Positions 17,608 to 24,000 of a stretch of DNA of 24,000 nucleotides are shown here, in pieces. Source of the DNA: Oceanospirillum sp. (GTDB taxonomy: Bacteria > Pseudomonadota > Gammaproteobacteria > Pseudomonadales > Halomonadaceae); contig JAKZRG010000091.1 of NCBI GenBank assembly GCA_047518265.1, positions 1 to 24,000 of the forward strand, given 5' to 3'. Each line of letters begins with the position of its first letter. Positions within the stretch are counted from its first letter, which is position 1. The position numbers and the translations under genes were made by a program. The notes under the pieces are model-generated. The model saw only the letters and a program-made list of their open reading frames with translations. It searched no databases and was not told the DNA's origin.

Positions 17608-18186
17608 TCAAATTTCGAGCATTGTTATCAGACCTATGCGCGCGTTATCCAATAACGCTTTCTGATTTGATATATCCGTTAAACTCCTGGCAATTGATAC
17701 CGTTCCCACGAGAGTGACCACAAGGTACTGGGCTTGTGAATAAGCTGTTTGCGTATTTTTACCAGCCGCTTCTAATGCTTGTGACAGTCTTCTCACCATG
17801 CCATTAAATACTTTTTCGTAGCTAGTTCGTACGAGTCCATTTCTATGAGCGACATCCGTTGATAGAAATGCCAACGGACAAGGTGAACTTTCTTGTCTGA
17901 CATGCCCTAGACTCAGATACTCTGTAATCAGTTTGATCAGCTTTTCTTTATCTAAATCACTCCCCTCTCGTACCAGCATTGAATTTTGTGCCGCAGTTTG
18001 AATGGCCTCAGCATACAAACTAACTTTAGAGTCAAAATGCGCATAAAAAGCACCATGGGTCATTTCTGCATGTTGCATTATTTGCGTAATTGATACTTGG
18101 TCAAAACCTTTGCGACAAAATAAATCAACGGCGACTAATAGAATGCGCTCACGGCTTTGCTTTTTGTGGTCAACTGAGTAAGGCAA
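17608..18186 (-). CDS. TetR/AcrR-family transcriptional regulator
   Basis: The TTG start is supported by an AGGAG SD 6 nt upstream. The N-terminal HTH is SRERILLVAVDLFCRKGFDQVSITQIMQHAEMTHGAFYAHFDSKVSLY. Confidence 0.85.
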   Translation of the reverse strand: MPYSVDHKKQSRERILLVAVDLFCRKGFDQVSITQIMQHAEMTHGAFYAHFDSKVSLYAEAIQTAAQNSMLVREGSDLDKEKLIKLITEYLSLGHVRQESSPCPLAFLSTDVAHRNGLVRTSYEKVFNGMVRRLSQALEAAGKNTQTAYSQAQYLVVTLVGTVSIARSLTDISNQKALLDNARIGLITMLEI

Positions 18187-18322
18187 TGTTATCTCCTGAA
18201 CTATAGGCTGATCATCTTTATATTATCTTGATCATATTTAGGTTTACTTTAGCATCATCATCTTCTGAAATCGAAAAGACATTGCACAATTACCGTACTC
18301 TAGAACAGCTAAAGGAAAAAAC

Positions 18323-19597
18323 ATGTCGCATACAAACCGAATCGTTATCACAGGTATGGGGTTAGTTTCACCACTGGGTTGCGGTGTAACATCAGTGTGG
18401 CAACGCTTAATCAAGGGTGAATCAGGTATCAGTCTAATAAAAGGCCCATTACCTGAAACTTTAGCAACAAAGATAGCCGGTCAAGTTCCTAGAGATAATG
18501 AGCAAGATAACGCCCTTGTGGAATCAAATTTTTTATCCATTAAAGAGCGTCGTCGAGTTGATTTATTCACTCTATTTGCCTTAGCAGCTGCGGATGAAGC
18601 TCTAACTCAAGCGAACTGGGCACCTAAAACTGAAGAAGAACAAACATCCACAGCAACAGTCATCGCTACTGGTATTGGAGGTTTTCCAACCATAACCCAT
18701 GCCAAAGAAGTGTTAGATAAATCTGGTTCTCGTAAGTTATCTCCTTTTACTGTACCTGCGTTTTTAGCAAACCTAGCTGCCGGTAACGTCTCTATAAAAT
18801 ACGGTTTTAAAGGCCCAATAGGCACACCTGTAACCGCATGTGCTGCGGGAATCCAGGCCATTGGAGATGGAATGCGTATGATACGAAGTGGTGAGGCTGA
18901 TGTAGTTCTAGCAGGCGGTGCAGAAGCATGTATCGATCCATTATCACTGGCAGGATTTGGGGCATTAAAAGCATTATCCACCAATAATGCTGAACCTACT
19001 GCTGCATCCAGACCTTTTGATCAGAATCGTGATGGTTTTGTGATGGGAGAAGGTGCTGGGCTATTGGTCATCGAAAGCCTAGAACATGCACTAAACCGTG
19101 GAGCAACACCTCTGGCAGAAATTGTTGGATATGGTACGAGTGCAGACGCCTATCATTTAACGTCTGGGCCAGAAAGCGGTGAGGGTGCAGCAAGAGCGAT
19201 TAAATCAGCTTTAAAAATGTCTCAAATTCAAGCTTCAGATATTGGATATGTGAATGCCCACGCGACATCAACACCTGTGGGTGACAGAGGAGAGATTAAT
19301 GCACTGAGGCATGTCTTTGGTGATGATCTTCATCACCTCCCTATTTCTGCCACAAAATCAGCCACAGGGCACTTACTCGGGGCCGCTGGCGGTGTGGAAT
19401 CCATATTCAGCGTACAAGCGTTACGATCTGGAATTTTGCCTGCCACGTTAAATTTAGACCACATCGATAACAGCATGGCTGATCTAGACCTTATTCCACT
19501 TAACGCTAGAAAAAAACAAGTCGATCATGTTTTATGCAATGGTTTTGGCTTTGGAGGCGTTAATGCTGCTGTTATCTTCAAAAGATACCTGTCATGA
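18323..19597 (+). CDS. fabF: Beta-ketoacyl-ACP synthase II (stand-alone paralog context)
   Basis: AAGGA SD 6 nt upstream. RIVITGMGLVSPLG, active-site Cys in PVTACAAG, His motifs NAHATSTPVGD and TGHLLGAAGG, and the C-terminal NGFGFGGVNAAVIF are all present. Confidence 0.9.
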   Translation: MSHTNRIVITGMGLVSPLGCGVTSVWQRLIKGESGISLIKGPLPETLATKIAGQVPRDNEQDNALVESNFLSIKERRRVDLFTLFALAAADEALTQANWAPKTEEEQTSTATVIATGIGGFPTITHAKEVLDKSGSRKLSPFTVPAFLANLAAGNVSIKYGFKGPIGTPVTACAAGIQAIGDGMRMIRSGEADVVLAGGAEACIDPLSLAGFGALKALSTNNAEPTAASRPFDQNRDGFVMGEGAGLLVIESLEHALNRGATPLAEIVGYGTSADAYHLTSGPESGEGAARAIKSALKMSQIQASDIGYVNAHATSTPVGDRGEINALRHVFGDDLHHLPISATKSATGHLLGAAGGVESIFSVQALRSGILPATLNLDHIDNSMADLDLIPLNARKKQVDHVLCNGFGFGGVNAAVIFKRYLS

Positions 19598-19701
19598 AAT
19601 CGGTCAGTTAAAAATTATCTTGCTGATTGAAAAAAATATCGCTACAGTTGCTTGCATTGAAGCCTAAATTAATAACTTCTATTTTATCTGGGCAAATAAT
19701 G

Positions 19702-19850
19702 TTGACCTTCTGGTCAAGTTTAAATATTGAGAATTAAGTACCTATTATGTTCAACCTGTCATCTAAATCTAAACGCAACTATAAACCGGGGTTTACCTGC
19801 GGCTTGGTGGTGCGTGCATGATGACAAAGTAAATAACAGTTAATCATGAA
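19702..19850 (+). promoter_or_regulatory. Candidate leader region upstream of dapA: possible promoter, 24-codon mini-ORF (19747-19821) and stem-loops preceding a terminator
   Basis: TTGACC (19702-19707), a 17-nt spacer and TATTGA (19725-19730) form a weak sigma70-like pair. The mini-ORF encodes MFNLSSKSKRNYKPGFTCGLVVRA and has no clear SD. A CATGAT/ATCATG stem lies at 19818-19848. ACCGGG (19784-19789) and GGTGCG (19809-19814) are complementary to the two arms of the downstream terminator. Confidence 0.3.
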
Positions 19851-19885
19851 AGCCCGGTCGCTAAAGCGCACCGGGCTTTTTTTTG
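19851..19885 (+). terminator. Strong Rho-independent terminator 54 nt upstream of the dapA start
   Basis: AGCCCGGT (19851-19858) pairs with ACCGGGCT (19870-19877), with an inner CGC/GCG extension, followed by T8 (19878-19885). Confidence 0.85.
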
Positions 19886-19938
19886 TCCTAATTTTTATAA
19901 ATGTTTTGCAGTAGACAATAATGCACTTGGAGTTGACG

Positions 19939-20805
19939 ATGTTTAGTGGATCTTATGTTGCCTTAATTACACCTTTTCAAAATGGCGAATTGGACGAAGC
20001 CGCCCTACAAAAGCTCGTACGCTGGCACTTAGACAAAGGAACCCATGGTTTTGTCCCGGTGGGAACAACCGGCGAGTCCCCTACACTAACGGAAGCTGAA
20101 CACAAACGTGTGATTGAAATTGTTGTGGCAGAGACTGCCGGGAAAATCCCCGTCATTGCAGGTGCAGGTTCAAATAACCCTGTTGAGGCGGTTACCTATG
20201 CTCGTCATGCTCAAGAAGCTGGTGCGGATGCTTTGCTCTGTGTGGCAGGCTATTACAACCGCCCATCTCAGGAGGGGCTATATCAACATTTCAAACAGGT
20301 TCATGACAGTGTTGCTTTACCTATTGTGATTTATAATATTCCGCCAAGGGCTATTGTGGATATTGAGCCTGCAACATTGGCTCGCTTGGCTGAACTGCCA
20401 AGAATTCAAGGTGTAAAGGATGCTACAGGCGACCTGGCTCATATCAGTCAGGAACGCCTGTTGATTGAGAAAGACTTCTCATATCTATCCGGTGAAGATA
20501 TGACCGCTGTTGCTTATAATGCTTCAGGCGGCCGGGGTTGTATTTCAGTCACTGCCAATATCGCCCCCACTCTGTGTGCCAAGATGCAAAGTGCTTGTTT
20601 AGAGGGTAATTATGCCGAAGCTCTACGCGTACATGATCTGTTGGCACCGTTACATAATGCGATGTTTGCTGAGCCAAGCCCTGCAGGTGTGAAATATGCC
20701 GCATCCTTATTGGGATTATGTAGTGATGAGTGCCGAGCACCTATCATGCCACTATCGGATGAAAGCAAAGCAAATATCCGAGCATGTATGGATCTTATGG
20801 GTTAA
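19939..20805 (+). CDS. dapA: 4-hydroxy-tetrahydrodipicolinate synthase (DHDPS/DapA family)
   Basis: I place the start at ATG 19939 (GGAG SD 6 nt upstream; MFSGSYVALITPF) rather than 19921. Motifs present are VGTTGESPTL, AGYYNRPSQEGLYQHF, IVIYNIPPRA (Tyr and Arg of the DHDPS site) and GVKDATGD (Schiff-base Lys). Confidence 0.8.
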   Translation: MFSGSYVALITPFQNGELDEAALQKLVRWHLDKGTHGFVPVGTTGESPTLTEAEHKRVIEIVVAETAGKIPVIAGAGSNNPVEAVTYARHAQEAGADALLCVAGYYNRPSQEGLYQHFKQVHDSVALPIVIYNIPPRAIVDIEPATLARLAELPRIQGVKDATGDLAHISQERLLIEKDFSYLSGEDMTAVAYNASGGRGCISVTANIAPTLCAKMQSACLEGNYAEALRVHDLLAPLHNAMFAEPSPAGVKYAASLLGLCSDECRAPIMPLSDESKANIRACMDLMG

Positions 20806-20846
20806 ATATCAAAAGAATATTTGAGTTTAAAACGACCGGGCGATAT

Positions 20847-21671
20847 TTATTTTAAATATTGACCGGGCGTTTTACCTAAAGACTTACGAAACATTGCCAC
20901 AAAGGCACTGGTACTTCGATAACCCAACTCCAACGCGACATCCGTTACACTTTTACCTAATTCCAAACGATGCACTGCTGTCTGTAACAACAACTGTTTT
21001 CGCCATTGTTGAAAACTAAGGCCTGTTTCTTTAATAAACAAACGGCTTATCGTTCTTACACTCGCCCCGGCATAGTCGGCCCAATAAGCTAAACCCAGCT
21101 CCGCATCAGGTGCTTGTATCATAGCCTGCATAATTTTATCTAAGCGGCGGTCTTTTGCCCCAGGTAAGTAAAGCAGTGATGGCTTTAAAGCCTGTAGCTC
21201 ATCCAAAACAACCGCGCAGATTCGTGCCGCGCGGCTTCCAACAGAATAATCTGTCCCAAAATCGGCCACACGTAAAATCAATTCTTTAAGTAAAGGTGTC
21301 ATATCGAGCACACTGCACTGAGATGGAAAGTAGTCTAGGTAAAAGACATCGACAAACAAATGTCGTATCTCTGCATCAACTTCTGCTGTTACTGAGTGTT
21401 CTAGATCACCAGGAATCCAGACTGCCTGTGAAGGGGGCACTACCCAACAACCATCATGGGTATAGACCTTTATAATACCCGTTGTAGCGTAAGCAAGTTG
21501 ACCTCTAATATGACTATGAGAGTCCATTTCATCACTGGTTAAAATCTTATCCTTTATACCAACAATAGGCCTTTGCTTATCCTCCAAAAAACCAAAGTTT
21601 AAGCGTCGACGTTTTCTCATTCGCTCAAGGCTATTTTCAGACTTTGTCCTATTCTCGATATTTCTTGGCAT
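20847..21671 (-). CDS. AraC-family transcriptional regulator with a cupin-type sensor domain
   Basis: AAGG SD 7 nt upstream of ATG 21671. The cupin-like block is WVVPPSQAVWIPGDLEHSV. The C-terminal HTH pair is YAGASVRTISRLFIKETGLSFQQWRKQLLL...VALELGYRSTSAFVAMFRKSLGKTPGQY. Confidence 0.85.
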   Translation of the reverse strand: MPRNIENRTKSENSLERMRKRRRLNFGFLEDKQRPIVGIKDKILTSDEMDSHSHIRGQLAYATTGIIKVYTHDGCWVVPPSQAVWIPGDLEHSVTAEVDAEIRHLFVDVFYLDYFPSQCSVLDMTPLLKELILRVADFGTDYSVGSRAARICAVVLDELQALKPSLLYLPGAKDRRLDKIMQAMIQAPDAELGLAYWADYAGASVRTISRLFIKETGLSFQQWRKQLLLQTAVHRLELGKSVTDVALELGYRSTSAFVAMFRKSLGKTPGQYLK

Positions 21672-21742
21672 TTTATCGCCTTAATTGCGCAGTCATTAAC
21701 GTCATAATAAATCCTATCCTTTATCCTGCACAGGAGATGACG

Positions 21743-23203
21743 ATGTCGGGCCAAGATAATGTTAAAGAATCAAGCACTGCTATAGAAAAGGCACCACAGG
21801 TATATTTTAAACAGTTAAATTTAAATACCTTCAAGATTAAGTATTTTATCGTATCTTTTTTGCTGTTATCTGTTTGGGCCTTATTTTTATTTAGCCCTGT
21901 GAGCTATGACTTATCACTATCACAAAGTCTATCAGGAGCGATTGTTAGCAGTAGTATTTTGCTATTTGCTACGCGCGTCATCCCTGAAGCAGTAACGGCT
22001 CTATTACTAATGACTTTTGGCATGCTATTTTCGCTAGCGCCGGCAGAGATTATATTTTCTGGCTTTAGTTCCACTGCATGCTGGTTAATATTTTCTGGTT
22101 TAGTAATAGGTATTGCTGTGACAGAAACTGGATTAGCGCAACGCTTCGCTAATGCAATTGCCCATCATCTGCATTCCAGCTATCTACAGTTAATTTCTGG
22201 CATCGTTTTGATCGGTATCTTGTTAGGTTTTGTTATGCCTTCATCTGTAGGCCGTGCCGTGCTTTTTATGCCTATTGCTGTAGCAATTGCTACAAACTGT
22301 GGTTTTGACAAAAACAGTAATGGCCGTATAGGTGTTGTACTGGCGGCAGCATTTGGCTGTCATTTGCCAACATTTGCAATTTTACCCGCCAATATCCCTA
22401 ATATGGTAATGATAGGTACAGCTGAAACAATCTATAACTGGACACCTCTTTATGCTGAATACTTACTTTTACACTTCCCTGTATTGGGCTTTCTCAAAGC
22501 CATTTTATTGGTCGGTCTAATTTTAATGCTCTACCCCGACAAACCCCAAGCGATTCATGGGGCTAAGCAGACAGAACCAATGACCGGAAATGAATATAAA
22601 CTATTGATATTGATGGGGATCACCTTATGTTTATGGGTAACCGATTCATTGCATCACATCTCTTCTGCCTGGATTGGTTTAGCAGCAGCAACATTTTTAC
22701 TGATGCCCAAGGTGGGTTTAGTTAGCCAAGAAAGCTTTGGAAAGAAGGTCAATGTAAATGCGCTCATCGTTGTATCCGGACTATTAGCACTAGGTGCAGT
22801 TGTTAACTATAGCGGTATTGGTATTTTGTTGGGTAACCATTTAATTGATAATTTACCGCTATCCCATGGTAATGATTGGTTAAACTTTATGACCCTATCT
22901 CTAAGTGCTTTGGCCATTGCCATTGGAGGTACGCTCCCCTCTGTCCCAGCGTTATTAACACCTATGGCAGAACAACTCAGTATAAATACAGGATTTAGTT
23001 TACAAGCGGTATTGATGACTCAGGTCTTTGGCTTTTCGACTATCGTTTTTCCTTATCAATCCGTTCCCTTATTAATGGCAATTCCATTAGCGGGTATTTC
23101 TTTAAGCCATGCAGCACGCTTGTGTTTGTACTTGGCAGCACTGACTTTGGTAATTTTATTACCAGTAAGCTATTTTTGGTGGCAATTTATCGGTTGGCTA
23201 TAA
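21743..23203 (+). CDS. Anion permease of the DASS/SLC13-like (ArsB/NhaD) superfamily
   Basis: I place the start at ATG 21743 (AGGAG at 21732-21736, 6-nt spacing), not the track's 21644, which overlaps the divergent AraC gene. It has roughly 12 or more hydrophobic helices, an internal two-fold pattern and the hairpin-like motif GFVMPSSVGRAVLFMPIAVAI. Confidence 0.65.
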   Translation: MSGQDNVKESSTAIEKAPQVYFKQLNLNTFKIKYFIVSFLLLSVWALFLFSPVSYDLSLSQSLSGAIVSSSILLFATRVIPEAVTALLLMTFGMLFSLAPAEIIFSGFSSTACWLIFSGLVIGIAVTETGLAQRFANAIAHHLHSSYLQLISGIVLIGILLGFVMPSSVGRAVLFMPIAVAIATNCGFDKNSNGRIGVVLAAAFGCHLPTFAILPANIPNMVMIGTAETIYNWTPLYAEYLLLHFPVLGFLKAILLVGLILMLYPDKPQAIHGAKQTEPMTGNEYKLLILMGITLCLWVTDSLHHISSAWIGLAAATFLLMPKVGLVSQESFGKKVNVNALIVVSGLLALGAVVNYSGIGILLGNHLIDNLPLSHGNDWLNFMTLSLSALAIAIGGTLPSVPALLTPMAEQLSINTGFSLQAVLMTQVFGFSTIVFPYQSVPLLMAIPLAGISLSHAARLCLYLAALTLVILLPVSYFWWQFIGWL

Positions 23204-23244
23204 TCGCTGTTTATAGCCTAATTTGAAGTGATCCCATGAAACTA

Positions 23245-23280
23245 GGAGCTTTGATTTTCTCATGGGAAATTCAAAGCTCC
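23245..23280. terminator. Bidirectional stem-loop between convergent genes
   Basis: GGAGCTTTGA (23245-23254) pairs perfectly with TCAAAGCTCC (23271-23280). An inner TTTC/GAAA extension surrounds a TCATGG loop. Confidence 0.7.
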
Positions 23281-23304
23281 CTGCTCTGTTCTTGGTAGTT
23301 CTGA

Positions 23305-23658
23305 TCAAATATCTGACCAGACAGCAAATTCATTACCATTCGGATCAGTAAAGTGAAAGCGCCGACCTCCTGGGAATTCAAAGATAGGCTTAACAATTTC
23401 CCCTCCTGCTTTTTCAATATCTTTCTGTGTCTCATTCAGACTCTTACTATAAAGTACAATCAATGCACTCCCCAACTGGGTTTGGCTGCTTTGCTCTGAT
23501 TGGAAAAATCCACCTTCTAAGCCTGAATTATTAAAAGCAGTGTATTCTGGTCCATAGTCCGTAAATATCCAGTTAAAAACTTGACTAAAAAACTGTTTTG
23601 TCAAAGCTAAATCTTTTGCTGGAAATTCCACGTAATTAATTTTGTCATGTGCACTCAT
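23305..23658 (-). CDS. VOC-family (glyoxalase/bleomycin-resistance fold) protein
   Basis: I prefer the start at ATG 23658 (MSAHDKINYVEFPAKDLALTKQFF, the typical family N-terminus, with GAGG 9 nt upstream). ATG 23676 is also possible, and the track's 23775 start is unlikely. The C-terminus is GGRRFHFTDPNGNEFAVWS. Confidence 0.75.
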   Translation of the reverse strand: MSAHDKINYVEFPAKDLALTKQFFSQVFNWIFTDYGPEYTAFNNSGLEGGFFQSEQSSQTQLGSALIVLYSKSLNETQKDIEKAGGEIVKPIFEFPGGRRFHFTDPNGNEFAVWSDI

Positions 23659-23949
23659 ATCAAACGCCCTCGTCATCTGCCTCATTAATATCCTTTTGCA
23701 ATTTATCACAACTGAGTTCTCGATTTCCCGAAGATTGTTATCCCGTTGAATTACTAGACTATACTGAACTCTCATAGAGACTTTTCTCTACAAAAAAATC
23801 ATATTTCAGCCATTGATCGGAAATAACAATTATTTATGCTCAGGTATTTAAAGTATTCATTGGCACTAGCTGAAACTCCAAAGAGGAGTGTAGCTTTTAT
23901 AGAATGTAAAAAGACTATTAATGACATTGGAATTGTTAGGGGTTAATCT

Positions 23950-23983
23950 ATTGCCTTTATGACTCAATAGTCATAATGGCAAT
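23950..23983. repeat. 15-bp-arm inverted repeat (candidate operator or terminator) near the window edge
   Basis: ATTGCC-T-TTATGACT, then CAAT, then AGTCATAA-T-GGCAAT. Of each 15-nt arm, 14 positions pair and there is one central T/T mismatch. Confidence 0.4.
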
Positions 23984-24000
23984 AAGTCTTAAACAAGAAG

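Noticed and set aside
18607-18984. 125-aa ORF antisense to fabF. The same class of nested or antisense ORFs appears in the track at 1269-1451, 1897-2109, 2353-2547, 3221-3472, 3250-3441, 3778-4101, 5757-6008, 7804-8001, 8185-8415, 9751-9963, 10306-10542, 12413-12667, 17027-17257, 20114-20329 and 20549-20740.
   Set aside because: Each lies entirely within a longer ORF that has clear family motifs. None has an SD, and their low-complexity or odd composition is typical of off-frame translation. I treat them as spurious.
19598-19938. Looked for a lysine (L-box) riboswitch upstream of dapA
   Set aside because: I could not find the long multi-helix conserved core expected of an L-box. The region is too short and AT-rich between the candidate start and the terminator. 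An Infernal/Rfam scan would be needed to exclude it formally.
20834-20869. Direct 9-nt repeat GACCGGGCG (20834-20842 and 20861-20869) flanking an AT-only palindrome ATATTTA-TTT-TAAATAT between dapA and the convergent AraC gene
   Set aside because: The second copy lies inside the AraC coding region, and the AT stem is too weak for a terminator call. The repeat is too short to distinguish from chance.
1-24000. Searched both strands for hallmarks of mobile elements or defence islands: transposase or integrase motifs, terminal inverted repeats, att-like tRNA-adjacent repeats, CRISPR-like spaced repeats, toxin-antitoxin pairs, and nuclease, helicase or reverse-transcriptase domains
   Set aside because: None found. 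All large ORFs are accounted for by metabolic, envelope, transport or regulator families, and no periodic repeat arrays are present.

Overview
Visibly AT-rich chromosomal segment from a Gram-negative bacterium. OM beta-barrels, a lipobox lipoprotein, periplasmic binding proteins and gene content suggest a gammaproteobacterium, but that is inference only. I can support 25 CDS, mostly with recognisable Shine-Dalgarno sites, and six clear stem-loop terminators. I saw no rRNA, tRNA, CRISPR array, transposase, integrase, phage gene or recognisable defence system, so this looks like ordinary chromosome with accessory metabolic, envelope and regulatory genes. Left to right: (i) a tightly coupled + strand operon, cut by the left edge, of ATP-grasp ligase, OlsF-like two-domain acyltransferase, DinB-fold protein and NRDE/TANGO2-like protein, followed by a YHS-domain protein and a small membrane protein; (ii) a minus-strand block of a membrane protein, two GNATs and an OM beta-barrel, then a + strand methyltransferase, a lipoprotein alpha/beta-hydrolase and an orphan family-3 SBP; (iii) a 1144-aa single-chain channel stacking signal peptide, type-1 PBP, a beta-rich module, 5 TM, the MscS core and a cNMP-binding-like domain; (iv) a 600-bp AT-rich spacer with one small SD-preceded ORF; (v) a glutaredoxin-like/AraC divergent pair, a TorF-family porin and a secreted hypothetical; (vi) a TetR/stand-alone FabF divergent pair, a leader-like region with a strong terminator, dapA, an AraC/anion-permease divergent pair and a VOC-fold protein. 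The two candidates most worth follow-up are the chimeric PBP/beta-sandwich/MscS/cNMP channel, whose middle module looks by eye like a pentameric ligand-gated-channel extracellular domain, and the ATP-grasp/OlsF-like/DinB/NRDE operon, a possible modified amino-lipid pathway. All functional calls come from motif recognition by eye; no database search was possible.
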